64,000 bases of DNA from positions 7,688,001 to 7,752,000 of the forward strand of contig NC_135763.1 in the NCBI RefSeq assembly GCF_052425735.1, written 5' to 3'. The DNA is from Oculina patagonica (lineage: Eukaryota). Shown here piece after piece: positions 13,801 through 25,800 of the stretch (position 1 is its first letter; each line of letters starts with the position of its first letter). Under the pieces are notes generated by a model. That model was given only the letters and a program-made list of their open reading frames with translations, made no database searches and was not told the DNA's origin. Made by a program: the position numbers and the translations under genes.

Positions 13801-16800
13801 TTCGCGAGGAACTAGTTGATCTGGTTGTCGATTTTCATATTGTCCGATAAGAACATGTTTCAAACAGTTTGCAGTTTAAATGCCTGATAACTGTTGTTTA
13901 GTTCTTTTGAAAAGTTTCAACTAAGTTCACTGTAGCGATCATATGACTCGCACTAGATAGTGTAGCACTGAGTTACATTAGATGTATATTATTCCTTGAC
14001 TCTAGGTCGGTTTGCTTGGAATCCAAATGATATGGACAAGAGATGCCGAAGACTCTCTAACATACGCCAAATCCAACAAAAAGGTGAGATGTATTTTCTG
14101 TGCAAATACTGCTGTAGAAGCAACATTGACGGACGGAAATAAATGTGATTGTCTTTTTTTTGGCAACAGTTTGTAGTTATTAATGAATCATCTTCAAACA
14201 AGTGTTACACCATTTTTTTTATAGATCATGGATGAGAGAAACCAGTTTTTCCTGAACATGCTAAACGAGTTGATCGAGATAACCACACAGGAACTGACAA
14301 AAGTGGAGAGAGTCAAGTTTGAAACACTTGTTACTATTCACGTTCATCAAAGGGACATTTTTGATGAACTGGTAAGGCCAAGTTTTTTTTGTCTTCTCGC
14401 TATAACATATTAATCTTTTCGTACTGTGGTCTAGAATGAAATGAAAAGCGAATGAAAGAGAATAAAAAAAAACGCTAGTTAGTCTGCGAGGTCGTCGAGA
14501 AATTAAAGTTGATGAACATGTCGTTGTTGACAGTTTAACAGGGAAAAACGTTTAGAAATCAACAGAAAGGTATCGAAAACGTATCATAAACGTTTGCAAG
14601 GGTCCAAGATATGTTTCTTTTCACCAGAAAAGAGCACAGGTAGCTGAGCACTTCCAACAGAAATTAGATTGCACCGGCCATGGCATCAAATGTAGGCGAA
14701 GTTTATTGTTGCTTTACTCCAATTTTTTAAAAACACTAATATTCCAAATTCTAATTCGAACTGTGGATTCAGGGTCGACATGAAAATTACGTATTGTAAT
14801 CTGTTCCATCACATGTTTTATATAAATCTATTTTTCTTTATTGTTTCTTAATCTAGTCTTCCTAAAATCAACAACTTTATTCGATATTTCCATATCTAGT
14901 GTTTTCTAGTCTCCAGTAGTTTGCCACTTTGTTAAAAGGGAATATTTGGGCGTTTTATACGTGATATTCAGATTACGGGTATGGATCTCGGCTGTCTTGG
15001 AGAAAATCATAACAAGTCGTTTTAATGCTTTTCATTATCTCACTAGTGCCGCAAGAATATCAAGGTGCCGACAGATTTCGAATGGCTGAAGCAGTCACGA
15101 TTCTATTTCCGTGAAGAGACTGATGAATGTGTGGTGTCCATAACTGATGTTGACTTTTCTTATCAAAATGAATTCTTGGGCTGTACCGACAGACTTGTCA
15201 TCACGCCCTTGACTGACAGGTGAGCATGCTTTCACGTATTCCGTGGGACATTTAGTAGGCTTTCTCAATCGCTGCTGTAAGTTAGACCATTTGGTTCTGT
15301 TGGGCAGACAATTTTTGATCCTCTTTCAAGGCAGAAGAAGAAGTTTTGATTCTTTTGAGCAATCACTAGAGTGTGTGCAAGTGTGACGTACGGGAGGGCA
15401 CTAAATTACATTCGTTCATGAATGATTTAGAACGATTTTAAATCAATTGTCGTAAAAACGAAACCAGAGTAATCACTCTGGAGAATCACAAAAGACGCAA
15501 AACACCTACATGATCCAATCAAAACTAGAAGCAATTATACATGTAGCTGGCACGAAGGCGGGGGGGGGGGGGGGGGGGAAACGTGAGTGAGCGAGTCACG
15601 ATTGATTTTGGCTTTACTTCTGATTGGATGAGAAAGTGTCGCGAGATTTTAAAACCAATCACAAAGCGTTAGTAATGCAAAACCAAAGAAAATGTGATGA
15701 GTGCCAATTACTTTTGGCACTCACGTGAAAATCACTCTATCACGAGTCGCGCTCGCAATTATTTAGTGCTTTCCTGTGCGTGCTTCCTCTCACTGAATGC
15801 CATTTCTTTTACCACTTCCTTAGGTGTTACATCACTCTGGCCCAGGCTCTCGGGATGTCAATGGGCGGCGCCCCCGCTGGACCGGCTGGAACTGGAAAGA
15901 CAGAGACAACAAAGGTAAGGCTTTGCAACGTCATTTAAAAGTTAATACATGGTTCCCACGCGAAGGCCTAGGCATTCTGTTGAATAAAAACGCTACATCT
16001 TTGGTTTCATGGATGACAATGCTGTTACAACCGCAAAAATGTGCGAAAAGAGGCAACATTCCTTCGTGTCTCACTGAGGGGGAAACGTTTTTAAACTGTG
16101 ACAGTAATTTATAGTATGTAGATTTTTGGAATTTAACGTTTGGCAATGTTTCGTTTGATAGCTATCGTCCCGAACGCAGACTAACGTCTTCAGTCCCCCC
16201 GCCAGACTTTCACCATCCCTGCACTGCACCTGCACCTTTTTTTCCCTAATTTTCGTAAGCCTCTAACAGCGTTACCGTTCATGAAAATATCAACAAACCT
16301 CCGTACTTGATATGTTAATGCAGTCCAGGCCCCTTTGAACGAAATCGTTAGTATCTTCCTTTATATTGCTAATATTTTATGCCTTTTTTTCTACAATGCT
16401 TTTTATATATTGTATAGGAAAGCTATTGTCGGTATCATAATTTCAATGTAGATAATGTTCCTGTTGTTTGTCCACACAGGATATGGGCAAAGCTCTCGGT
16501 AAATTTGTTGTTGTCTTCAACTGCTCTGATCAGATGGACTACCGTGGACTGGGTCGAATTTACAAAGGTACATTAATTTTACAATTCCCTACGAGAGTTA
16601 TCGAAACATTATGCCAAAACTATCTTCAGAAAAATCACAATCTTTGTACCGATACACTAGTCAAAGATTGGGAGAAGTCGACACAGCCATGGTTGATACA
16701 TTGCGTTCAGTTCTTCATGTTTTTTGGTCTGGTTATTCCAATCAAATTTTGGGGAAAAGCAAGTAACCTTCAGTTACCCGCCAACACTGTAGCGCAACAA

Positions 16801-19800
16801 GTGGTCCATATCCATATTTATTTTTGTTTCGGGTTGCGTCCAATGTGATCCAGACACAGATTTCTCCCTACGGGGACCTCCAAAATACGAATACCTCCAT
16901 CCAGCCGAACCTCTTCAGACTCAAATGCCGATGTTCCTTTATTACGGACCGTTTAATTGGTCCCAAATAAACCAGAATTCGGAAATGTTATCTCTACCTC
17001 TACAATACTGACAGTCACCTCCGTCCCTTTGCTGTCCGTATTAAATAGCCATTTCCGAGTTACCCTTTGCCGCTGTTTCAAAACGATTCTACGTGCGAAA
17101 CCATTCATATGAAAATGAGTTTCACCTACAGGCCAGGTCCATTTTCATGCAAATCAAACTCATTTTTTCATTTGGATGGTTTCGCACGTAGATTCGTTTT
17201 GAAACAGAGGCAAAGGGTAACTCGGAAATGGCCTATTGATTGGACTGTTATATATTTTTACAATTTTTACATGCGTGTTTGTCACTTTGATTTATTTCTC
17301 ATTCCGTCAGGTCTGGCCCAGTCAGGAAGCTGGGGCTGTTTTGACGAGTTCAACCGTATTGAGCTGCCTGTGTTGTCAGTGGCTGCACAGCAGATTCACG
17401 TGGTGCTCACCTGCAAGAAAGAGCGAAAGAAAATGTTCATATTCACTGATGGTGACGAAGTCGATATGGACCCAGAGTTTGGAATCTTCTTGACAATGGT
17501 AAGCTTTTGAAACATACCCCAGTTGTTCAAAAAGGGTGGAAAACGCTATCCACCGGATAAATCACTATCCAGTGGATAGCGAGGTAGATTTACACAGGAT
17601 AGTGATTTATCCGTGGATAGCATTATTCACCCTCTGAACAACTGGGCCCTGGAGTTGTTCTACAGTTGTCTATTTCTTTTCATGCACTGCAATTCTAATG
17701 GACCGCCTATTAATCATTTACTTGTCGTTGACCCATTTAAAATTTGTCTACGTAAACAAGTACAGACAATAAAACGTAAACTTTAAAACCTGTAGATATG
17801 TAGACAACCAACGAATTCACCAATGGGTTTTCCTACTTTGATAACTTCAGTTTCAGTTGTGTTCAGAATACAAAACATCCTGGGCCCAGTTGTTCTTGTC
17901 CTGGGCCGGATAAATCACTATCCAGTGGATAACCATCATACAAAACCTACCTCGCTATCCACCGGATAGTGATTTATCCGGTGGATAGCTTTATCCACCC
18001 TTTGAACAACTGGCGCCTGGACTTATTAAAGATTTATTTAGCACCTAAACAGTTACGTATTCTTATTCTACGGCCAAATGTAGTTCACGCACTCGCTTTC
18101 ATGTCAGCATTATTTGCTCGTTTAGGAGATATGTTGTCCAAGTAACTCTTCTCAAGATCATCTTACGGTTGCTCTACGATGATCTACGAATCCCACCGAG
18201 TTCCATTAATTCTCTGCTTTCCAGATTCATGTTAACTTTCAACTGTGTTTCAACAGAACCCAGGTTATGCTGGACGACAAGAGTTGCCAGAAAACTTGAA
18301 GATCATGTTCCGTACAGTGGCCATGATGGTACCGGATCGCCAGATCATCATCCGAGTGAAACTTGCCGCTAGTGGCTTCATCAGAAACATCAACCTTTCC
18401 CAAAAGTTTTTCACGCTCTACAAACTGTGCGAGGAACAGCTTACCAAACAGGTCTGTCTTTTTTCTTTATAATATTGTTGTTTTGTTTCTAGCTTGTTTT
18501 TGTTTGTTAAGTGTTTATAGTGAAAGGCATCATACCCTTGCATCTAAAAGATTCAAAGCTATTAAGAGGGAACTGCCGTCAGATACAGTTGGAAATTAGT
18601 TTGAAAGGAGTACAATTACCACAGGTCTCTTTGGGGTAATAAAAACGTAGGCGTCGGTAATTTTCCGTGATGTAAGTCTAAATCCACCATTCGGGAAAAG
18701 ATGGCGACTGTACATTTTTCCACAATACCTTGCAAACCTGACACAGCCAATAGGGCACAAAGACAGCCACGTTTCGGCGAAATTCTTCTTTGTACTTACA
18801 GCATTGTTCAGGGTTTGATGGTTTGAGAGCTTTTCTGTGCGTTTTTGTGAACGTTTTTAACAATTTCGCGCGAAAGAAAGGAGGAAAATGTATCAGTCGC
18901 CATCTTTTTCGGTACGGTGGATTGTTACAAATGTGTGGCTTAAAATGATCATGTCTTGTTTAATCCCCCCTCGTTTGTAAACGTTAGACAAAATGACTGC
19001 GACCGGGACATGTAATAAAAAAAAATATAAGCAAGGAAGAGTTTAACTTTTTCTTCTTATTATCAGGTGCATTACGATTTTGGTCTTCGTAACATTCTGT
19101 CCGTGCTGAGGACTCTTGGAGCGGTGAAGAGAGCTAATCCAGAGGTAAAGTAACAATGAACCCTTTCTTCTCTCTTGACTTTAATATGTAGTGTTAAGTA
19201 TGAGCTATATTACACTTCTATATACGTTATTTCATTATCACTACATCCATCGCTAGAGCTCATAGGGAAGGGTAGGGTAGCTTCAAGACTTCCTCCCCTC
19301 TATAAGTTTTATAGATATGGTGTAGCCCCAAAAAATTGTAATAATAAGAATTTACAAAAAGTTCTGAAATCATAGTCAAGTTTACATCACTAAATTAACG
19401 GTTTTGAAATTCGCAATAACATGACTGAATAAGGTAGTTTCTAAACAAGATCTCAACTAGACAAGTACCTCGATTCTTTTGTCTCCCGTTTACAGGACAG
19501 TGAAGATCGTATTGTGATGAGAGTTCTTCGCGACATGAACTTGAGCAAGCTGGTCGACGAAGATGAACCGCTCTTCATGAGTTTGATTGACGACTTGTTC
19601 CCAGGTCTCACTCTGGACAAAGCTGGTTACCCGGATATCGAGCAAGCCATTGCTGACGCTGTTGAAGAAGCCAAGCTTGTCAATCATCCGCCGTGGACGC
19701 TAAAGTTGATTCAGGTGATATGTCTTATCCCTGTGGATTAAAGGGGCCTAGGTCACGCGATAATAGGTCACGCACTGCGAAGTCTCGCAAAGTTAGACAA

Positions 19801-22800
19801 TTTGAGCACTGATCAGCTATTATAGAACTAAAATATCATAATAACGGCTTAAATCTGTATTAGAACTCAAAAGAGACGCACAAAAAGCCACGAAGGGGCA
19901 TGGGTGGATAAAATTGGGGAAGATTAAAACAGATTACACTGACTGGGGTAAACTTGAAAAACGTCGGCCAAACTTTTCAAGTTTATTTCAGTCTGTATGA
20001 AGATGTCATTTTAACTGCGCGGAAAACATCCTTGTTTGTTAAGTGGTCGTGATATTGCCAGTAAAAGAATGTCGCTCTGCCAATTTTAAGTTTAGAGCTT
20101 ATATTTAAAGTTCTAACTAATCAGGATTATTAAAAAATCCCGGGAACTAGCCCCTTTAACCTTAGATCCTTTCACGATTGTCTTGTACAAGACATTTGTA
20201 CGGGGAACTTTCCAGTATTGTAGCAGCTCTCGTAAGCTTGTTATTCTACTGGTCCTCTAGTGTAGCAGTTGCCATTGTTTTTGGGGCTAGGGGCATTGTT
20301 TCCTGCTGTTTGTTCTATTCCGCTTTTTCATGGTAACAAATCTCCATGTAAGACCTTGCGAGGGCTACTTCCTGATCAGAAATTTCTGTCGCTAGGACAC
20401 TCGTTCATTTCTTGTTATGATGTTACCAAATTAAATGATCTGTCTGGGTCCTTGTCAACTGAAATAACTGATTGCTACAAAAAGCATTGTAAATTTGGAT
20501 AATCCGTTAAAACTCAGCAAAGTTGTGGAACTTCATAGGGCGTAAATTATTTCAAAGTGTGTTATGATGGAAGTCTGATAACTTTTCTTTGTTGTTCACC
20601 AGTTGTATGAAACCCAGCGTGTCCGACACGGAATGATGGCCCTGGGGCCTAGCGGTGCAGGCAAGACGAAGTGTATTAACATTCTAATGAAGGCCATGAC
20701 ACAATGCGGGGCGCCGCACAAGGAGTTCCGTATGAATCCCAAGGTAATTAGCTAACGTATCAGTGATATCTTAGGTTCGATGCCTGCCTTTCGTTGTCTA
20801 GTTGCCTCCAAGTTAAAGTAGTGCACGGGGCTTTTTTGGTAATAGACACCTGGGAGAACAAATAATGTTGCTGGTAAATCTTCGTGAAAGTGTTAAAAAC
20901 TTACCGATTCCTATCTCAATACAAATGTAACATAGAAGTTAATTATCCCATTCATCGTTCAGCAAACGATTTGCATGATGTTGCATAATTTTCTTTAGAA
21001 AAGCTCCTTGCGAAGAGTTTGAAGTCAAAATGCGACATCCAATGGCCAAACGTCTATCTGAAGTTTCAAACTTTAGACCAAAAATTGAAACCTTGAAAAC
21101 AGCTGGAGTAAACATGTGGCTATCATTCTTAGTCAACAATCCCTGATTTTTCTCTGTCTGAGATGAACAAGGCCATTTGGTATCTGTAGTGTCCCTGGTA
21201 TTCCCTATACGGATTCAAACGCTTTCTAGGAGTCAAACAGAAAAAAAAAAATAGTGACGCAAACTCGACTTCCTTCTGCATACCACTTTATAATCCTTAG
21301 TTAGTAACACTGTTTCTTGCACCAGGCCATTACAGCACCTCAGATGTTTGGTCGACTTGATGTTTCAACCAATGACTGGACTGACGGAATCTTTTCCACG
21401 TTGTGGAGACGAACTTTGAGAGCAAAGAAGGTGACTATGTATTTATTTTGTTTTCCATTACTACGTACAGAGATGAGTCTAAAAAGACTCGCGGCACTTT
21501 CCCAGCCAATAAGAAGAAAAACCAAAACTAATCGTGATTCGCTCACGCACGTTTTTTCGCACTTGGTGCCAGCTACGTGTATTTGCTTCAAGTTTTGATT
21601 GGTTCACTGGATTGACAGTGGCCTTTGTGATTGGCCAGAGTGATAACTTTGGTTTTTGTTTTACTACACTCAATTGAAAACTGCTCTGTTCACTTTTCCC
21701 AGGGAGAACACATCTGGATTGTTTTAGACGGCCCCGTGGACGCCATCTGGATCGAGAACCTCAACAGTGTATTGGACGACAACAAGACGCTAACACTGGC
21801 AAACGGCGATCGTATTCCAATGGCACCCAACTGTAAAGTTGTGTTTGAGCCTCACAACATTGACAACGCTTCACCCGCTACAGTGTCAAGGTAAAATTTC
21901 AATTTTACGTTTGGAGTAATTTGCACTAGAGAGCTAACTGTGTGAACCACTAAGAAGTATTGTGATTTGAATCAAATATAGCACTGTGAAATTCGTACTT
22001 ACGTTTCTCGTTGTATTATGACAAACCAAAAATTTTGTCTTCCTAGGGATCTAGCCGTATTGTTATGCAGTCGTTTGTGTCAATAACGTTTAATATATGT
22101 TTGTTGTTTTAAATGATTTGTTTTTTCTCCAAGAAATGGTATGGTGTACATGAGCTCATCTGCTCTGGACTGGCGGCCCATCTTAGAGGTACGCTTCGTT
22201 ATTGCTGTTTTAACATATATACCAATATGTGTAGAATAAATTTTGTTTTCCTCAAGAAGCTAGTTGAGGGTCTTGCAACCATTAAGAATTCGTCAAAAAG
22301 AACGAACTTACAAGAGACCAAAAACAAAAGTTATCGTACTTTATGTTTCTTCTTACCTTACGTCCCTTTCTAACGCAAACTAAACGAAGTTTTTTTTTTC
22401 ATTCCCAGGGATGGTTGAACACGCGCCCTCAACTGGAGAGAGACGTCCTTTTCCCGCTGTTTGAGAGCGTTTTTGACGAATTGAGGACATTTGTGATTCA
22501 GAATTGTTTTCCAAAGATGGAAGTAAGTGACTAACCGCACTTTTGCTACTTACCGTAAATCTGGAAGGTTTAATTTCAGCAAGGATAGCCTGAGTCAAGT
22601 TTCTTTTCGCCACTGACACTCGATAAACGCATGGAATTCTACCCCAAAAATTCCACACTGAGATGTAATCCCGCCGAAATCGTGTAATGTTTTGGATTGG
22701 TTGGCGCGAAAATTCAAAACTGAGTGACAATTAATCAGCGACGCTACATGCATTGAGCTACGTCATCAATATGATAGATTTCTTGTCCAATCTCAGACAT

Positions 22801-25800
22801 TTCTCTCACGTTGGAAAAAGTAAGCCTTGAAGAGGGTTTTCTCTTGACTCACGTTGCAACAACAATGATATAACTCTTGGAGGCAAGGATAAGAACGAAC
22901 GCATATTGCGTTAAAATAGTAAAATTATTCTTACTTGTTTTTATCTTGGCTCATTTAGGTCCTTGAGTGTAACAACATTGTGCAGGCCATGAATATTCTG
23001 GAAGGTTTGATTCCAGGCGAGGATGCTCCTAAACAAGCAGATGCAAGTCATTTGGAAAAACTTTTTGTGTTTTGTCTCATGTGGAGTGTTGGGGCTTTAT
23101 TAGAGCTTGAGGATCGTAAAAAGGTACTGCTGTTAGACTTAGTGTAGGAGGCCGTGGCCTTATTGTTTTTGTTATTTAGATCGGCATAGAATTAAATTTC
23201 TTTGCAAACGTTATTTGCAGATGGAAGGATTTCTTAGTGGAAAAGGCAGCCTCAATTTACCCCCGGTCGAAGGACAAGACACGATTTTCGAATACTTGGT
23301 GAACGAGCAAGGTGGATGGGAACACTGGTCAGAAAGGGTAAGTTGATAGAACTGGACATCCTGCATTTTATATATTTAGGTGGCTATTAACTTCCTATGT
23401 ATAGAGCAGTTTTCAATTGAGTGTCGTAAAACCAAAAGCAAAGTAATTACTCTTGCCAATCAAAAAATACACAGAAAATCCAGTGAGCCAATCAAAACTC
23501 GAAGCAAATACATGTCGCAGACACGAAGAGCGGGAGAACGTGCGTGAGTGAGTCATGATTGGTTTTGGTTTTATTTCCGATTGGCTGAGAAAGTGGCGCG
23601 AGATTTTTAAACCAGTCACTAAGTGTAGTAATGCAAAACCAAAGCAAACGTAAATTACTGAAGTGAAAACTGCTCTAAAGGTAAATAAACCGCCACAGCA
23701 AATTCGAAAAGCTGACGTTTCGATGTTAGCCCTGCGTCAAATTGGTTAAGTTAAGCCTGGTTCACACTAGTGACATACCGACATAACGGCAAGGTCACGC
23801 AAATGCAAAAATCACCTAAGTTGATGTTTTATGTCACCAGTGTGAGCAACATAACATAGCGACATAGCTGGAACATAATGACATAAGTATAACGACATAA
23901 GGAAAGATCTGAACTTTTCTTTATGTCGTTATGTCTATGTCGTTATGTCGTTATGTCGCTAGTGTGAACCAGGCCTTAGTTACGGCGATTTATATACCTT
24001 TATCAACTTCCAGTTTATAATCAACTAACTGTCTCACTTACCCACGAGCGTCGCACAACAATTTCTTTAGATACTAATAACTTTAATGGTGCCTTTCAGT
24101 TCCGTAGGCTTTTTCTCTGAGGTGTGATGTTAATGAATTTCTTCGATTTTAGGTTCCAGTGTACGAATATCCCAAGACAACCATTCCAGAGTATGCATCC
24201 ATTTTGGTTCCCAATGTTGACAACACAAGAACTGATTATCTCATCCACGCTTTGGCCAAACAGAGCAAGGTAGCTGCTTTGTTTGTTTGCTTGTTAGTTT
24301 TTTTTTTTTCCATTAATTGACTTCTCCCTGTTGCTTTCGCATCTGCGCATTTTGAAGAATAATATTAGACTAAGTACCATTAAATTTTATGGCGGAAAAA
24401 CTGTGTTCGAAAACGAAATTTGCTATTTTTTCTTTTCTTTTGATCAGACTTTTATTACTGGTTATTTTGATCTTGCCTATAAATGATTTTTAAATTATAC
24501 TATAGGCCAAATTACCTTAGCAAATTCAAGATTTTCTATTGTGTAAGGGTATACAAGTTTATCTTGATAGATTTTTCTTTGCTCGTTTATACGTCAGTCT
24601 CTGGTTGACAGTTATTGTTAAAATTAAAGCTTGCCTATTGGTTTCTGTATAAAAAACCTTGTTAAAGAAGAAAAAATTGGCAAGTTGTGTTGCTTACACC
24701 ACAACAATTACATATCAAATAAAATAATGCTCAAAGACATGTGTACCGCGTTTGTGATGGGTAGATAGAACCGCTGCTGAACCTTCTGTAAAGTTCAGTT
24801 TGCAGGTTTTCTTTACAAAGTGAAATTTCCTCTCTGAATACTGAAAACTATGTTTACCGTCGGATTTCTAGAGCAGCTTAATCAGCTTATGTCTCCAAGC
24901 ATTCCCACCCCAACCTAGACAGTACATCAGGTAAAGACCAGACCACAACACCAGGAACTTCGTGCATTCTCAATTGCTTTGTTTTGTTTTTAATCCATTA
25001 TCAGGGTTAATTTTTATCAATTGTCTCTTCGTTCGCAGGCTGTGTTGTTGATTGGTGAACAGGGCTCGGCTAAGACAGTCATGATGAAGGGTTACTGTAA
25101 TAAATATGACCCAGAACAACAGCTCTTCAAGTCGGTAAACTTCTCCTCTGCAACCACTCCCAACATGTTCCAGGTACGTCAACTCTTTGTAGCCTGTATT
25201 TATGCAAAGCGCATGCCAACGTACTAATGTTGGACTTGGTTTAAGTGAATGTAGTTTAGCGTTGCTAACTCAACCCTCGTAAAAATAGCACGCAAACGTA
25301 TCGCAGTACTCCTAGTCTCTATGACAAACGGAATTGACCTGCTCTCAGCATTGTGCTTGCTTTCGATCTGCGCCTATGCGTTTTTGTGCAGCAGAGGACC
25401 CACACCCTACTTTTTCTGCAGCACAGGACCCACACTAGAATATGTTTTGTTGCCTATTGTTATTTTTTTTATTATTTTCTATATGAAATAGCGTACTGTT
25501 GAGAGTTATGTAGACAAGAGAATGGGAACAACATACGGTCCACCTGCAGGCAAGAAAATGACTGTGTTCATCGATGACATCAACATGCCAATTATTAATG
25601 AGTGGGGAGATCAGGTTAGAACCTTACGCAAATATAGTCTTCATTAAATGTCATGCCACATTTTTTTTACCACACTGGTCTAGACTATCTCGATCTATTC
25701 TACCTACCTAATTGTGAAGGCGCGGTGGCGCTGGACTCTGGATTGAGTGGTCCTGGTTCGAGCCCTGGCCGGGGGCACAGCGTTGTGTTCGTGGGCAAGA

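Larger units (their letters stand above)
13157..13816. mobile_element. Non-autonomous Helitron-like element with ACTAGT and a GC hairpin at both ends
   Basis: Left ACTAGTaatacgtgacTCGCagggcctcGCGA; right GGCCttcGGCC / CCTCGCttcGCGAGG aACTAGT; internal 69-bp repeat and (TA)n. Confidence 0.65.

Noticed and set aside
23711-23742. Fourth hammerhead-like motif on the minus strand
   Set aside because: Core reads TTGACGC with two substitutions and stem I is not supported; relic only.
25054-25077. Non-canonical AAA3 P-loop GEQGSAKT
   Set aside because: The same deviation (GEQGTAKT) is normal in DNAH5/8-type heavy chains.
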